A DNA stretch of 64,000 bases from an uncultured beta proteobacterium (GCA_963699765.1 CAVOVD010000007.1:217894-281893), one strand, 5' to 3'. Positions 32,634-45,759 are shown, counted from the first letter of the stretch. The notes: generated by a model not told the origin, from the sequence alone. Numbers and translations: made by a program.

Positions 32634-33482
32634 TCAGAACAGCGCCAGCGTCGCCCTGGTCAGTGCACTGTCTGCGTCCGCGTAGTCGGCGACCACGCTG
32701 AAGTGGTTCCTGTCGGGGATGAACATCGGTGCCGCCGCGGGGCGCCGCGCGTCTGGCCACGCATCCCACAACAACTGTGTCTGGCGCAGGAATTCCGAGG
32801 TCTCGTCGGCGCCGCAGGCCATCAGCAGCGGCGCGCGCAGCCGCAGAGGCCGCTCGACCGGCGACACCCGCAGCGCCGCCGCGACGTCGAGCCTGAAATC
32901 CACGTTGAACGAGAACTGCACCAGCGGCACCAGGTCGTGCACGCCGGAAAGCGTCACCCCGGCGCGCAGTGGCGCCTGCGCGAACCCGGACGCGGCCCAG
33001 TCGTGCGCGAACATCATCGCCGCCAGGTGGCCGCCCGCCGAATGGCCGCCGACGACCACGCTGTCAGCGTTCGCGCCATGCGCGGCGCCCTCGCGCGCCA
33101 CCCAGGCAACCGCGCGCGCGCACTCGTCGACGATCGCCGCGATCGACACGTCGGGGCACAGGTCGTAGTTGATCACCGCTACCGCCAGGTCCTCCGCCAG
33201 GAACGGTGCAGCGACGAACGAGAGGTCGCTCTTGTCGAGCATGCGCCAGTAGCCGCCATGGATGAACATGAAGGTGCCGCGCGCCTTGCCGGCGGGAACG
33301 AACAGGTCCAGCGTTTCCTTCGGCCCCGGGCCGTAGCGCAGGTCGAGTCGCGGCCGGAACTGCTCGCGCGCCTGCGCCGACCAGGCCGGGTAGCGCGCCA
33401 GCCACTCCGCGTGCTCCGGCACCGCCGCGCGATTGTTGTATCCGCGCTCGACTTCGTCCGCCGTGAGGTTTGGCCGGTTCAC
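32634..33482 (-). CDS. Alpha/beta hydrolase (arylformamidase/kynurenine formamidase-like)
   Basis: YNNR..VP, FIHGGYW, NYDLCP, GHSAGGHL, SG..DL.PL, NHF. GTG start overlaps the upstream TGA. Confidence 0.85.
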   Translation of the reverse strand: MNRPNLTADEVERGYNNRAAVPEHAEWLARYPAWSAQAREQFRPRLDLRYGPGPKETLDLFVPAGKARGTFMFIHGGYWRMLDKSDLSFVAAPFLAEDLAVAVINYDLCPDVSIAAIVDECARAVAWVAREGAAHGANADSVVVGGHSAGGHLAAMMFAHDWAASGFAQAPLRAGVTLSGVHDLVPLVQFSFNVDFRLDVAAALRVSPVERPLRLRAPLLMACGADETSEFLRQTQLLWDAWPDARRPAAAPMFIPDRNHFSVVADYADADSALTRATLALF

Positions 33483-34186
33483 GGTGCGGGTTCGATGATG
33501 ACCGACAGCGAACTCAAGCCGGCAATGCATCCGTCCAGCCGATCACCGGGAACCACGGCCGCCACTCCCGCCGGCGTACCCGTGAAGACGAGATCCCCGG
33601 GCAACAGTTCGTAGAACTGCGAAAGGAACGCCAGCGTGTTCGGGACGTCCCAGATCATGTCGGCCAGATCGCCCTCCTGCCGCCGCGTGCCGTTCACGTC
33701 CAGCGTGATCGCCCCCGTGGCAAGCAGACCGGTCTCGGCGACCCGGTGGATCGACCCGATCGGCGCCGCCTGCGCGAACGACTTGCCCAGGTCCCAGGGC
33801 CGCTTCTTCTCGCGCATGTCGTTCTGCAGGTCGCGCCGCGTCATGTCCAGGCCGGTGGCGTAGCCGAACACGATCGCATTCGCGTCCCTGGGCTCGAGCC
33901 TGACGCCGCGCCCGCCGATGGCCACCACCAGTTCGATCTCGTGGTGCAGGTTGCGCGTGCCCAGCGGGTAGCGCATCCGTCCGACCGCCGGCGCCACCAC
34001 CGGCACGATCGCGTCCGCCGCCTTGGTGAAGAAGAACGGCGGCTCCTTCGCCGCGTCGCCGCCCATCTCCTTCGCGTGCTCGGCGTAATTCCGGCCGACG
34101 CAATAGATGTGGCGGACGGGAAACATCTCGTCGCTGCCGGCAATGGGCACGGCGGCGGGCTCCCACAACGGGAACGGGAAATTCAT
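33479..34186 (-). CDS. Fumarylacetoacetate hydrolase family protein (fumarylpyruvate hydrolase-like)
   Basis: IYCVGRNYAEHAKEM, PPFFF.K, HHEIELVV, DMTRRDLQ, PGDLVFTGTPAGV. Confidence 0.92.
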   Translation of the reverse strand: MNFPFPLWEPAAVPIAGSDEMFPVRHIYCVGRNYAEHAKEMGGDAAKEPPFFFTKAADAIVPVVAPAVGRMRYPLGTRNLHHEIELVVAIGGRGVRLEPRDANAIVFGYATGLDMTRRDLQNDMREKKRPWDLGKSFAQAAPIGSIHRVAETGLLATGAITLDVNGTRRQEGDLADMIWDVPNTLAFLSQFYELLPGDLVFTGTPAGVAAVVPGDRLDGCIAGLSSLSVIIEPAP

Positions 34187-34253
34187 CGGGTCATCCTTCG
34201 GGAGAATTGCAACGGCGTGCGGTCAGTCAGAAGGCGGCGAACGGCGGCAGCCC

Positions 34254-34894
34254 TCAGTCGGCATCGGGCTGTCGCGACGGTTCGGCCCGCGCGAATGCCG
34301 GCAGCGCGACGCAGGCGGCCTCGATCCTGGTCAGCGTGGGAAACGGCTGCAGATCGATCCGGAACCGGCGCGCGTTCGCAAGCTGCGGCACCAGGCAGAC
34401 GTCAGCCAGCGTCGGCATGTCGCCGTGGCAGAAGCGGCCGGTGGCAGCGTCGCTGGAGAGCCGCCGCTCCAGCGCCTCGAGGCCGATGTCGATCCAATAC
34501 TTGTACCAGGCGTCCTTCTGCTCGTCCTCGACGCCCAGCGTATTCTTCAGATAGATCAGCACGCGCAGATTGTTGAGCGGATGGATGTCGCAGGCAACCT
34601 CCAGCGCCAGCGCGCGCACGCGGGCGCGCGCCAGCGCCCCGGTGGGCAGCAGCGGGGGCTGCGGATGCGTCTCCTCCAGGTACTCGATGATCGCCAGCGA
34701 TTGCGCGAGCACGGTGCCATCGTCGGTCACCAGCGCCGGCACCAGCCCCGAGGGGTTCAACGCGAGAAATGCGGCGTCGCGCTGGGCGTTGCGGCGCAGC
34801 TGGATGAACGCGCGCTCGGGTTCGAGTCCCTTGATGTTGAGCGCGATGCGGACCCGGTAGGCCGCCGACGAGCGGAAATAGTCGTAGAGCCGCA

Positions 34895-34895
<1 letters not shown>
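34254..34895 (-). CDS. maiA: Maleylacetoacetate/maleylpyruvate isomerase (GST zeta class)
   Basis: YFRSSAAYRVRIAL, QSLAIIEYL, DIHPLNNLRVL, ADVCLVPQ. Confidence 0.93.
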
Positions 34896-36100
<1,205 letters not shown>

Positions 36101-36219
36101 CGGCGAATCCTCGTAATGGCGCGGGCTGGCGCCGCGCTGCGACGGAGGCTCTCATTATGCCCGATGCGCCGCCGCGCCCCGCGGCCGGAGCCGCGGACCG
36201 GCCCTGCGCCGCGGCGCCG

Positions 36220-36642
36220 TCAGCGCCCCGCCGGGCCGGCGTCGGCGGGCGGGTCCGGAAGGACCGCGGTCACCTCGATCTCGACCCGGGCGCCGTCCTC
36301 GATCAGCGCACTCACCTCGACGGCGGTCATCGCCGGGAAATGCCGGCCGATCACCTCGCGGTACGCGGCGCCGAGCGCGCGCCAGCTCGCGAGGTATTCG
36401 CGCCGGTCCACCACGTACCAGGTCATGCGGACGATGTGCTCCGGCCCCGCGCCGGCCTCGCGCAGTACGGCCACGACATTGGCGAGCGCCTGGCGCGCCT
36501 GGCCGACGAACTCGCCGGTCTCGAACACCTGCTGCGCATTCCAGCCGACCTGGCCGCCGACATGGATCGTCGTGCCGCGGGCGACCACTCCGTTCGAGTA
36601 ACCCTTCGGCGGCGACCATCCGTCCGGTTGCAGTATTCGCAT
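36220..36642 (-). CDS. RidA/YjgF family protein
   Basis: LQPDGW..PKGYSNG, GQVGW, HFPAMT.VEV..L....VEIE. Confidence 0.9.
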   Translation of the reverse strand: MRILQPDGWSPPKGYSNGVVARGTTIHVGGQVGWNAQQVFETGEFVGQARQALANVVAVLREAGAGPEHIVRMTWYVVDRREYLASWRALGAAYREVIGRHFPAMTAVEVSALIEDGARVEIEVTAVLPDPPADAGPAGR

Positions 36643-36652
36643 CGCGTGTTCC

Positions 36653-38284
36653 TCAGGTTGGCGCCTCGCGCGCCATCGCGCGCAGGCGAAATCGTTGCAG
36701 CTTGCCGGTTTCCGTCCGCGGCAGCGCGGCCAGGAATTCGATCAGCCGCGGATACTTGTACGGCGCGATCGCCTGCTTGACGAAGTCCTGCAGCGTTCGC
36801 GCCATCGCCTCGTCGCCGAAATGTCCCGGCTTGAGTACGACGTAGGCCTTGACCACCTGCCCGCGCCGCTCGTCGGGCGCGCCGACCACGCCGCATTCGG
36901 CGACCGCCGGATGCGCCAGCAGCACGCCCTCGACCTCGGGACCGGCGATGTTGTAGCCGGACGAGACGATCATGTCGTCGGTGCGCGCCTGGTAGACGAA
37001 ATAGCCGTCGGCATCGATCAGGTAGGCGTCACCCGTGTAGTTCCAGCCATCGCGCACGTATTGGCGCTGCCGGTCGTCGGCCAGGTAGCGACAGCCGGTG
37101 GGTCCCTTCACCGCCAGGTTGCCCACCATTCCGGGCGGCAGCGGCGCGCCGGCGTCGTCCATGACGCAGGCGCGATAGCCGGGTACCGGCGTGCCGGTCG
37201 CGCCCGGCCGCGCGTGCGCCTCGTCGTGGGAGATGAAGATGTGCAGCAATTCGGTGGCGCCGATGCCGTCGATCAGCTCGATGCCGGTCGCCTCCTTCCA
37301 CTGCGCGCGGGTGGCCGCCGGCAGCGTCTCGCCGGCCGAAACGCACTTGCGCAACGACCCGAGGTCGAATTGCCCCGCCATGCCCGCCATCGTCCGGTAG
37401 GAGGTCGGCGCCGTGAACAGTACCGTCGGCCGGTGCGCGGCGATGGCCGGCAACAGCGCATCGGGCGAAGTCTTTTCGAGCAACAGGCTGGCGGCGCCGA
37501 TGCGCAGCGGAAACAGCAGGATTCCGCCGAGCCCGAAGGTGAAGGCGAGCGGCGGGCTGCCGGTGAAGATGTCGTCGGGCGAGGCCCGCAGCACGTGGCG
37601 CGGCCAGCAGTCGCAGCTCGCCAGCACGTCGCGATGGAAATGCATCGTGCCCTTCGGGGTGCCGGTGGTGCCCGAGGTGAAGGCGATCAGCGCGGTGTCG
37701 TCGAGCGCCGTCCGCACGTCGTCGAAGCGATCCGGCTTGCCTGCGGCCCGCGCGTCGAGGCCATCGGCAGCGTCGTCACCGAAGCGCAGGACCCGGCTCA
37801 GCGTCGGACAGCCGTCGCGCGCGGCGTCCAGTTCCGCCATCCAGCGCGCGTCGCACAACGCGTGCGAGATCTCCGCCTTGCGCACGATCGCGACGAGTTC
37901 CCTGGCGCGGAGCAGCGGCATGGTCGCGACCGCGATGCCACCGGCCTTGAGCACGCCGAACCAGCAGGCCGCCAGCACCGGATTGTTCGGCCCGCGCAGC
38001 AGCACTCGGTTGCCGGGCACCAGCGCGAGTTCGTCGCGCAACACCTGCGCGACGCGATTGGCACGGGCGAGCAGCTCCGCGTAGGTCCAGCGCAAGCCGC
38101 CAGGGGCGAGGATCGCGGTGCGCTCCCCCCAGCCGCGCTCGACGGCCCGATCGAGCAGTTCCGTCGCGCAGTTGGTCTGCTCCGGATAGCGCAGCTCGGG
38201 CAAGTCGAACAGGAGTTCCGGCCATTCCTCGCGCGGTGGCAGGTGGTCCGCGGCAAACGTGTCGACATGCGCCGTGCGCGTCAT
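36653..38284 (-). CDS. abmG: 2-aminobenzoate-CoA ligase-like AMP-binding protein
   Basis: [13 protein letters not shown]...[32 protein letters not shown]-like C-terminal YKYPR; cluster context. Confidence 0.82.
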   Translation of the reverse strand: MTRTAHVDTFAADHLPPREEWPELLFDLPELRYPEQTNCATELLDRAVERGWGERTAILAPGGLRWTYAELLARANRVAQVLRDELALVPGNRVLLRGPNNPVLAACWFGVLKAGGIAVATMPLLRARELVAIVRKAEISHALCDARWMAELDAARDGCPTLSRVLRFGDDAADGLDARAAGKPDRFDDVRTALDDTALIAFTSGTTGTPKGTMHFHRDVLASCDCWPRHVLRASPDDIFTGSPPLAFTFGLGGILLFPLRIGAASLLLEKTSPDALLPAIAAHRPTVLFTAPTSYRTMAGMAGQFDLGSLRKCVSAGETLPAATRAQWKEATGIELIDGIGATELLHIFISHDEAHARPGATGTPVPGYRACVMDDAGAPLPPGMVGNLAVKGPTGCRYLADDRQRQYVRDGWNYTGDAYLIDADGYFVYQARTDDMIVSSGYNIAGPEVEGVLLAHPAVAECGVVGAPDERRGQVVKAYVVLKPGHFGDEAMARTLQDFVKQAIAPYKYPRLIEFLAALPRTETGKLQRFRLRAMAREAPT

Positions 38285-39489
38285 GGAGCAGCCCCCGTTC
38301 CCCTGTCTGCCGCCGGCGCAGGCGCGGCGGCGCGCAGCGCGCCGCGCCCGACGATCAGGCGTTGCACCTCGGTCGCGCCCTCGTAGATGCGCAGCGCGCG
38401 AATGTCGCGGTAGAGCCGCTCGACGACCTGCCCGCGGCTGACCCCGAGGCCGCCGTGCATCTGCACCGCCGTGTCGATCACGCGCTGCGCGGACTCGGTC
38501 GCCGCGAGCTTGGCCATCGCCGCCTCGCTGGTGCCGCGACCGCCCGCGACGTCGCGCTGCCAGGCGGCGCGGCCGGTGAGCAGCGCGGCCGCGTCGATCG
38601 CCGTGACCATGTCGCCCAAACTGGCCTGGGCGAGTTCGCGGTCCGCAAGCACGCCGCCGAACATGCGTCGCGTCGCGGCATGGCGCAGCGCCTCGGCGAG
38701 CGCGCGGCGCGCGAAGCCGACGGCGGCCGCCGCCACCGAGGCGCGGAAGATGTCCAGCGTGCGCATCGCCAGCTTGAAGCCTTCGCCGTCGCCGCCCAGC
38801 AGGGCATCGGCGGCGACCGCGCATCCCCGGAATTCGATGCGGGCCAGCGGATGCGGCGCCAGAACCTCAATGCGCTCGGCGACGACCAGCCCGGGGGCCC
38901 CGGCCGGCACGACGAAGGCGGAAATGCCCTTCGCGCCGTCCCCGTCGCCGGTCCTGGCGAACACGCAGTAGAAATCGGCGATGCCGCCATTGGAAATCCA
39001 GGTCTTCACGCCGTCGAGCGCCCAGCCCGACGCCGTCCGGACCGCGCGCGTCGTCAGCGCCGCGACATCCGAGCCGGCCTCCGGCTCGGACAGCGCGAAG
39101 GCGGCGATGGCCTCGCCGCGGGCGACCGCAGGCAGCCAGCGCGCGCGCTGCGCGGCGCTGCCGGCCAGGGTGATCGCACCGCTGCCCAGGCCCTGCATGG
39201 CGAAGGCGAAATCGGCGAGTCCGTCATGAAATGCCAGGGTTTCGCGCGCGACGCACAGCGCGCGCGAGTCGACCGCCGTGAGCGCGCCGCCCTGCGCCGC
39301 CGGTACGCACCAGCGCAGCCAGCCGGCTTCGCCCAGCGAACGGACCAGCCGGCGACACGCGGCATCGGTGTCCGCTTCCGGATCGGGGCCGACAATCGCC
39401 GGCAATCCGGCGCACCACGCGTCGAGTCCGCGGGCCAGCTCGCGGTGCGCGTCGGCGTAGAACGGCCAGGCGAGATGCGCATGGTCCAT
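38281..39489 (-). CDS. Acyl-CoA dehydrogenase family protein (abm cluster)
   Basis: [47 protein letters not shown]. Confidence 0.9.
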   Translation of the reverse strand: MDHAHLAWPFYADAHRELARGLDAWCAGLPAIVGPDPEADTDAACRRLVRSLGEAGWLRWCVPAAQGGALTAVDSRALCVARETLAFHDGLADFAFAMQGLGSGAITLAGSAAQRARWLPAVARGEAIAAFALSEPEAGSDVAALTTRAVRTASGWALDGVKTWISNGGIADFYCVFARTGDGDGAKGISAFVVPAGAPGLVVAERIEVLAPHPLARIEFRGCAVAADALLGGDGEGFKLAMRTLDIFRASVAAAAVGFARRALAEALRHAATRRMFGGVLADRELAQASLGDMVTAIDAAALLTGRAAWQRDVAGGRGTSEAAMAKLAATESAQRVIDTAVQMHGGLGVSRGQVVERLYRDIRALRIYEGATEVQRLIVGRGALRAAAPAPAADRGTGAAP

Positions 39490-39502
39490 CTGCCCGCTCC
39501 CT

Positions 39503-40339
39503 TCAGTTGCCCTCGAATTTCGGCGTGGACCTGGCGGCGAAGGCCTCGTAGGCGCGATGGAAATCCCGGGTCTGCATGCACAGCGCCTGCGCCTGCGCCT
39601 CCGCCTCGATGGCCGTTTCGAGGTCCATCGCCCACTCCGCATGCAGCAGTTTCTTGGTGACACCGTGCGCGAACGTCGGGCCGTCGGCGAGACTGCGCGC
39701 GAACGCCTGCGCGTCGGCCAGCAGCCGGTCCGGCGCGACCAGGCGGTTGAAAAAGCCCCAGGCCGCGCCCTCCTCGGCGCTCATCGCGCGTCCACTGTAG
39801 AGCAGTTCCGCGGCCCGGCCCTGGCCGATGGTGCGCGGAAGCAGCGTGCAGGCGCCCATGTCGGCGCCGGCCAGGCCGACCCGCACGAACAGGAAGGCGG
39901 TGCGCGCGGAGGCCGTGCCGAAGCGGATGTCGGAGGCCAGCGCGATCATCGCCCCGGCGCCGGCGCACACGCCGTCGACCGCGGCGACGACCGGCTGCGG
40001 ACAGCGGCGCATCGCCAGCACCAGGTCCCCGGTCATCCGCGTGAAGTCGAGGAGCTCCGGCGCCGCCATCCTGGTCAGCGGGCCGATGATTTCGTGCACG
40101 TCCCCGCCCGAGCTGAAATTGCCGCCGGCGCCGGCGACCACGACGGCCTTCACGTCGCTGGCGTGGACCAGGCCGCGGAAGAGGTCGCGCATCTCCGCAT
40201 ACGACGCGAAGGTCAGCGGATTCTTGCGCTCCGGCCGGTTCAGCGTGAGCGTGGCCACCTTGCCGTCCGCGCTCGTTTCCCAGCGGAAATGCGTGGCCGG
40301 ATAGTCGCGGTACGAACGTCGTTGCGTGCTCATGTCCAT
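39503..40339 (-). CDS. Enoyl-CoA hydratase family protein (abm cluster)
   Basis: [34 protein letters not shown]. Confidence 0.92.
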   Translation of the reverse strand: MDMSTQRRSYRDYPATHFRWETSADGKVATLTLNRPERKNPLTFASYAEMRDLFRGLVHASDVKAVVVAGAGGNFSSGGDVHEIIGPLTRMAAPELLDFTRMTGDLVLAMRRCPQPVVAAVDGVCAGAGAMIALASDIRFGTASARTAFLFVRVGLAGADMGACTLLPRTIGQGRAAELLYSGRAMSAEEGAAWGFFNRLVAPDRLLADAQAFARSLADGPTFAHGVTKKLLHAEWAMDLETAIEAEAQAQALCMQTRDFHRAYEAFAARSTPKFEGN

Positions 40340-40890
40340 CGGTCAGTCGCCTCCGGTGCCGGCCGCAGCGTGGTCTTCAGTCGACCCAGCATCGCGTGCA
40401 GGCGTGCGCGATCGGCCTGCGGCAGCGCGCCCAGCATCGCGATGATCCAGCGCTCGTGCGCGCGGGCCATCGGGTCGAACGCGCGCTTGCCCTTGCGGGT
40501 CAGGCGCACGACATGCGCGCGACGATCGCCCGGGACGCCGCGCCGTTCGAGCAGTCCCTCGTCGACCAGCGCCGCGACCAGTCCGGTCACGTTGCCGCCG
40601 GTCACCATCAGCCGTCGCGAGAGCTCGCCCATCCGCAGTCCCCGCGGATGCCGTTCGAGTTGCGCAATCAGGTCGAAGCGCCCCAGGGTGATCCCGAATT
40701 CCTCGCGCAGGCGGGCGCGCACCTCCCGTTCGATCATCTGCGTGCAGCTGAACATGCGCAACCACAGGCGCAGCGACGCGTGCTGCGCATCGGCGGGGCG
40801 GGCCTCGGAACCGGCGGCGCCGACGGGTGCGCACACCTGCTCAGGACCGAATTGCGCCGGCGCCGTCGGCCGGTTCGCGACCGTGGACAT
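40330..40890 (-). CDS. MarR-family transcriptional regulator
   Basis: C-terminal part of ORF 40330..42597: [25 protein letters not shown]...V.LT..G. Confidence 0.9.
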   Translation of the reverse strand: MSTVANRPTAPAQFGPEQVCAPVGAAGSEARPADAQHASLRLWLRMFSCTQMIEREVRARLREEFGITLGRFDLIAQLERHPRGLRMGELSRRLMVTGGNVTGLVAALVDEGLLERRGVPGDRRAHVVRLTRKGKRAFDPMARAHERWIIAMLGALPQADRARLHAMLGRLKTTLRPAPEATDRWT

Positions 40891-43223
40891 CAGCCGTTCG
40901 CCTCGGGCGGGTCGGCGGCAAGCTGCGCCGCGCGCGCCAGGTTGCGCTCGAGCTGCGCCTTGCCGGCGAGGTAGGGCAGCGGCCAAGCCGCGCCGTCCAC
41001 GCCGAGCTGCGCCGCCGCGTGCAGCGTCCAGTAGGGGTCGGCCAGGTGCGGACGGCCGATCGCGCACAGATCGGCGCGGCCCGCCATCAGGATGCTGTTC
41101 ACGTGGTCGGGCTCGTAGATCGCGCCCACCGCCATGGTCGCGATAGCGGCCTCGTTGCGCACGCGGTCGGCGAACGGCGTCTGGTACATGCGTCCGTACA
41201 CCGGACGCGCGTTGCGCGTGGTCTGCCCCGACGACACGTCGATCAGGTCGGCGCCGGCCTCGCGCAGCAGCCGGGCGATGGCCACCGCATCGTCCGCCGT
41301 GTTGCCGCCCTCGGCCCAGTCGTGCGCCGAGATGCGCACCGACATCGGCAGCCGTTCGGGCCAGACCGCGCGCACCGCGGTGAACACCTCCAGCGGATAG
41401 CGGCAGCGATTGGCCAGCGCGCCGCCATAGTGGTCGTCGCGCCGATTGGTCAGCGGGCACAGGAACGCCGAAAGCAGGTAACCGTGCGCCATGTGCAGTT
41501 CCAGCCAGTCGAATCCCGCCTCCGCCGCCATGCCCGCCGAACGCACGAAGGCGTCGCGCACGCGATCCATGTCGTCGCGGGTCATCGCCCGCGGCAACTG
41601 GTTGCCTGGTCCGTAGGCAAGCGCCGACGGGGCGAGCAGCGGCCAGTTTCCCTGGGCGAGCGGCATTTCCGCATCCTCCCAGCCGAGCTGGGTGGAACCC
41701 TTGGGACCGGCATGCCCCAGCTGGATCGCGATCTTCGCCGGCGTGCGCGAATGCACGTAGCCGACGATGCGCCGCCACGCCGCGACGTGTCCCGGCGCGT
41801 ACATGCCGGCGCATCCCGGGGAGATGCGCGCATCGGGCGCCACGCAGACCATCTCGGTGAACACGAGTCCCGCGCCGCCGTGCGCGCGGCTGCCCAGGTG
41901 CACCAGGTAGTAATCGTCGGGCGTACCCTCCCGGCACGAGTACTGCGCCATCGGCGAGACGACGACGCGATTCGGCAGCGTGACGCCGCGCAGCGTGAAC
42001 GGCGTGAACATCGGCGGAACGGGGCGGCCCGCCGCGCCCCCGGGTGCGCCGGCGAACCAGCGTTCCAGGTCCGCGACGAACGCGGGGTCGCGCAGGCGCA
42101 GGTTCTCGTGCGAGATGCGCTGGCTGCGCGTCAGCAGGCTGTAGGCGAACTGTCTCGCCTCGAACCGGGTGTAGCGCTGCACGGATTCGAACCACTCGGT
42201 CGAGTTGCGCGCGGCGTTCTGGATCTTGAGTACCTCCAACCCGCGTTCCGCCTCGTAGGCGGCGAGCGCTGCCGGAAGTCCCTTCGCGTCGGCCAGCGCG
42301 GCGTTCAGCGCGATCGCGTCCTCGAGCGCGAGCTTGGTGCCCGAGCCCACCGAGAAATGCGCAGTGTGCGCGGCGTCGCCCATCAGGATCACCGGCACCC
42401 GCCTGCCGTCGATGGTGTTCCAGTGCAACCAGCTCCGGCATACGACCCGCGGAAAGCGGATCCACATCGCCGAGCCGCGCAGGTGCGCCGCGTTGGACAG
42501 CAACGGGTGACCGTCGAGCCAGGGCGCGAACAGCCGCTCGCAGAACGCGACGCCCTCCTCCGACGACATCGCCTCGAGTCCGGCGGCGCGCCAGCACTGT
42601 TCCGGCGTCTCGACGATGAACGTCGACGTATTGCCGTCGTACTGGTAGGCGTGCGCCTGGAACCAGCCGTGCGGCGTCTCGACGAAGGCAAAGGTGAAAG
42701 CCGGAAACAGCCGCTTGGTTCCCAGCCAGACGAAGCGACAGTGCCGCAGGTCGACATCCGGTGCGTAGGAGGCCGCGTAGCGCGAGCGGATCCGGCTGTT
42801 CAGGCCGTCGGAGGCGATGACCACGTCGGCGCCGAAGGCCCGCGCCGCATCGACGTCGTCCGTGACCTCGTGCTCGAACACCAGCTCGACGCCGAGCCAG
42901 TTGCAGCGCGCCTGCAGGATGTTGAGCAGGCGCTTGCGGCCGATGCCGCAGAAACCGTGCCCGCCCGAGGTGACCGTCGTCCCCTTGAAGTGAACGTCGA
43001 TGTCATCCCAGTGGTTGAACGCGCCGGCGATTTCGCGCGCGCTTTCCGGATCGGCGGACTCGAGGTTGCCCAGCGTCTGGTCCGAGAACACGACCCCCCA
43101 GCCGAAGGTGTCGTAGGGCCGGTTGCGCTCGACCACGCGCACGACATGTGCCGGGTTCGCCTTCTTGAGCAGCAAGGCGAGGTAGAGGCCGGCGGGCCCA
43201 CCGCCGATGCACAGAACGCGCAT
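40890..43223 (-). CDS. abmA: Bifunctional anthraniloyl-CoA monooxygenase/reductase (salicylyl-CoA 5-hydroxylase family)
   Basis: N-terminal flavin monooxygenase ([33 protein letters not shown]) fused to an Old Yellow Enzyme domain ([18 protein letters not shown]). Confidence 0.9.
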   Translation of the reverse strand: MRVLCIGGGPAGLYLALLLKKANPAHVVRVVERNRPYDTFGWGVVFSDQTLGNLESADPESAREIAGAFNHWDDIDVHFKGTTVTSGGHGFCGIGRKRLLNILQARCNWLGVELVFEHEVTDDVDAARAFGADVVIASDGLNSRIRSRYAASYAPDVDLRHCRFVWLGTKRLFPAFTFAFVETPHGWFQAHAYQYDGNTSTFIVETPEQCWRAAGLEAMSSEEGVAFCERLFAPWLDGHPLLSNAAHLRGSAMWIRFPRVVCRSWLHWNTIDGRRVPVILMGDAAHTAHFSVGSGTKLALEDAIALNAALADAKGLPAALAAYEAERGLEVLKIQNAARNSTEWFESVQRYTRFEARQFAYSLLTRSQRISHENLRLRDPAFVADLERWFAGAPGGAAGRPVPPMFTPFTLRGVTLPNRVVVSPMAQYSCREGTPDDYYLVHLGSRAHGGAGLVFTEMVCVAPDARISPGCAGMYAPGHVAAWRRIVGYVHSRTPAKIAIQLGHAGPKGSTQLGWEDAEMPLAQGNWPLLAPSALAYGPGNQLPRAMTRDDMDRVRDAFVRSAGMAAEAGFDWLELHMAHGYLLSAFLCPLTNRRDDHYGGALANRCRYPLEVFTAVRAVWPERLPMSVRISAHDWAEGGNTADDAVAIARLLREAGADLIDVSSGQTTRNARPVYGRMYQTPFADRVRNEAAIATMAVGAIYEPDHVNSILMAGRADLCAIGRPHLADPYWTLHAAAQLGVDGAAWPLPYLAGKAQLERNLARAAQLAADPPEANG

Positions 43224-43294
43224 GAACCAGTTGCTCTCCTGTGTGCCGCAAGGCCGCTTCGCCCGGGTCGCCTTGCGACGCCCCCGCCATCGGT

Positions 43295-43327
43295 CGGTGT
43301 CGGGGGCGGTGTCGGGGGCGGTGTCGG
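43295..43327. repeat. 12-bp tandem repeat (CGGTGTCGGGGG) x2.75 in the abmA leader
   Basis: Copies start at 43295, 43307 and 43319 (partial). Confidence 0.8.
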
Positions 43328-43353
43328 CCGCCCGCGGCGACCGATCGCGCAGC

Positions 43354-43383
43354 TTATTTTAGAACTAAAATAATTGCCGTCAA
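43354..43383 (-). promoter_or_regulatory. abm promoter (TTGACG-16-TAAAAT) overlapped by palindrome TTATTTTAG-AA-CTAAAATAA, probable MarR operator
   Basis: Perfect 9-bp AT-rich inverted repeat at 43354-43373 in otherwise GC-rich DNA. Confidence 0.8.
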
Positions 43384-43493
43384 GCCTCCGCCCGAAGCGG
43401 GCGTTTCGTCCATCCGGCCGATTTCCGTCCGCCCTCCCGCGACCCCAAGCTGGATCCGACGTCCCGGCCGGGACGCGTCCCGCGGGAGGCGCC

Positions 43494-44105
43494 ATGTCCG
43501 TCCAAGCCGATCCAGCCGCGACCCGTTGCCGCGGATTCGCCCTCGCCGGCTGCGCCGGCGCCCTCGTCCCGGGGTTGCGCGGGAGCGCGCGCGGATTCAG
43601 CCTGCCGGAACTCATGGTGGGCATCGCGCTCGCGGCGCTCCTGCTGCTCCTGGCCGCGCCGGCCTACCGTGCGTGGATCGAGGAGGAACGCCTGCTCAAT
43701 CACGCGCGCCTGCTGGCCGGCAGCCTCGCGCTGGCGCGCTCCGAGGCGATCAAGCGCGGCCTGCGGGTCAACCTGTGCAAGTCGGCGGACGGCGCGCAGT
43801 GCACGGACGCCGGCGGCTGGGACCAGGGCTACGTGCTGCACGTCGACGCCGAAGCCAGCGGCGAGGTCGACGGCCCCGACCGGGTGCTGCGCTTCGAGCC
43901 GCCGCCCCGGGACATCACGGTGGCGGCCAACCGGCCGCTGGCCAACTACGTGTCGTTCACGTCGCTGGGCCAGGCCCGCATGCTGAGCGGTGCCCTGCAA
44001 ATGGGTACTTTCACCGTCTGCAAGCGCGGCCGGCGGGCGGTGGAAATCGTGCTGGTGGCCAGCGGCCGGGTGCGGATGGCGCGAACCGCGTCCATTTGTC
44101 CATGA
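43494..44105 (+). CDS. fimT: FimT/GspH-family minor pilin
   Basis: Prepilin motif RG|FSLPELMV, ARSEAIKR, V.LC.S.DG..C, F..LG, SGRVR. Confidence 0.85.
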   Translation: MSVQADPAATRCRGFALAGCAGALVPGLRGSARGFSLPELMVGIALAALLLLLAAPAYRAWIEEERLLNHARLLAGSLALARSEAIKRGLRVNLCKSADGAQCTDAGGWDQGYVLHVDAEASGEVDGPDRVLRFEPPPRDITVAANRPLANYVSFTSLGQARMLSGALQMGTFTVCKRGRRAVEIVLVASGRVRMARTASICP

Positions 44106-44284
44106 TTTCGCGGCGGCGGCGGGATTCGCGGCGCATCGCCGGCGTCGACTCGAATCCGTCTGCCAGAGGCGCGGCTCGCGCCGGCGGTCACCGTCCGTTC
44201 CCGGCGCGGGACCACTGGTCGGGGCAAGGTTGCGCCGAAGTTGCGCCGGACTTTAGGATGCCTTCGTCCTCAGCGGAGTACGCC

Positions 44285-44758
44285 ATGCGCAGCGCGCCAG
44301 CCTTGAAGTATCGCCCGATTGCCGGTTTCACCCTGATCGAGCTGATGATGGTGGTCGCCATCCTGGCGATCCTGGCGGCCGTTGCCCTGCCGAGCTACTC
44401 GGAATACGTGACCCGCAGCCGGCTGATGGACGCGCACACCCGGCTCGGCGACCTGCGCATCCAGATGGAGAAGTATTTCCAGGACAATCGCACCTACCTG
44501 AACGGGGCCGTCTGCGGCATCGAGGGCGCCGGCCTCGCCCTGAATACCGCCAACGCCGACGCCGGGCGCAGCTTCGACTACACCTGCGCGGCGCCGACCG
44601 CGGCGACCTATACGCTGACGGCCACCGGCCGTGCCGCCAGGGGCATGACCGGCTTCACCTTCACGGTGACCGAGGCCAACGTCAAGGCGTCGTCGGGGCC
44701 CGCCGGCTGGACCGCCGCGGCGTGCTGGTTCGTGCGCAAGGACGGCAGCTGCTCATGA
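44285..44758 (+). CDS. pilE: Type IV minor pilin PilE
   Basis: G|FTLIELMMVVAILAILAAVALPSY..YV.R, MEKYFQDNRTY, YTLTA. Confidence 0.9.
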   Translation: MRSAPALKYRPIAGFTLIELMMVVAILAILAAVALPSYSEYVTRSRLMDAHTRLGDLRIQMEKYFQDNRTYLNGAVCGIEGAGLALNTANADAGRSFDYTCAAPTAATYTLTATGRAARGMTGFTFTVTEANVKASSGPAGWTAAACWFVRKDGSCS

Positions 44759-45293
44759 TGCGCTGCAGTACCCGCGGGTTTTCGCTGATCGAGCTGATGA
44801 TCACGCTGGCGCTGGCGGCCATCCTGATCGCGCTGGCCGTGCCCAACTACGCCATCTGGACCGCCGATGCGCAGATCCGCAACGCCGCCGAGTCGGTTGC
44901 GTCCGGGCTGCGCTACGCGAATGCCGAGGCGATCAAGCGCAACACGCGCGTGGAGTTCATTCTCGATCCGACCACCGCGACCGGCGGATGGCGCGTCAGG
45001 TGGTCGACGCAAACCAGGTGGTGCAGACGGGCGCGTTTGCCGAAGCGGCAACGCGGGTGCAGTTCACCACCACCCCCGCGGCCGCACGAATCCTCACGTT
45101 CAACGGCTTCGGGATGATCGACGCCGCCAATGCCGATGCCTCGGCGGTGCTGACCGCCATCGCCATGACCCATTCGGGATCCGTCAGCAGCACCCGTCCG
45201 CTCACCATCCTGGTCGGCGGCGGGCGCTCGGGCATCAAGATCTGCGATCCAGCCATTTCCGACGTCAGCTCGCCTCGATTCTGCACGACCTGA
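44755..45293 (+). CDS. Second FimT/FimU-family minor pilin; frameshift near 44995
   Basis: RG|FSLIELMITL, A.AEAIKRN..V; C-terminus LTFNGFG...IKICDP...RFC in another frame. Confidence 0.82.
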
Positions 45294-45294
45294 C

Positions 45295-45759
45295 ATGGCC
45301 TCCATCGATCATCCGTACCGTCCGGCCAGGCGCCAGCGTGGCAGCTTCCTGCTCGAAGCGCTGATCGCCGTGCTGATCGTCGCACTGGGCATCCTGGGCC
45401 TGGTCGGGCTGCAGGCGCGGGCAATCCAGAACACCGACGACGCGCAGTACCGCAGCGAGGCGGCGTTCCTGGCCAACGACCTGCTGGGCCAGATGTGGAT
45501 CTCCGACCAGGCGACGCTGGTAGCCGAATTCGCGACCAACGCCACCGCCACCACATCCTATGGCCAGTTCAAGACGCTGGTAGGCGCCCGGCTGCCGGGC
45601 GCCACGGCAACCGACCCCACGGTGACGGTCGTCCCGCGTTTCGGCGACCCGGCCCAGGGCTACGACGTGGTCATCACCGTCTTCTGGAAAACGCCGGGGC
45701 AATCGGCGCTCGAACCCGCGCACCGCTACCAGACCAGCGCCACCGTCAAGGTCAACTGA
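45295..45759 (+). CDS. pilV: Type IV pilus modification protein PilV
   Basis: QRG|SFLLEALIAVLIVALGILGLVGLQ, YRSEA..LA.DL...MW, VITVFW. Confidence 0.88.
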   Translation: MASIDHPYRPARRQRGSFLLEALIAVLIVALGILGLVGLQARAIQNTDDAQYRSEAAFLANDLLGQMWISDQATLVAEFATNATATTSYGQFKTLVGARLPGATATDPTVTVVPRFGDPAQGYDVVITVFWKTPGQSALEPAHRYQTSATVKVN

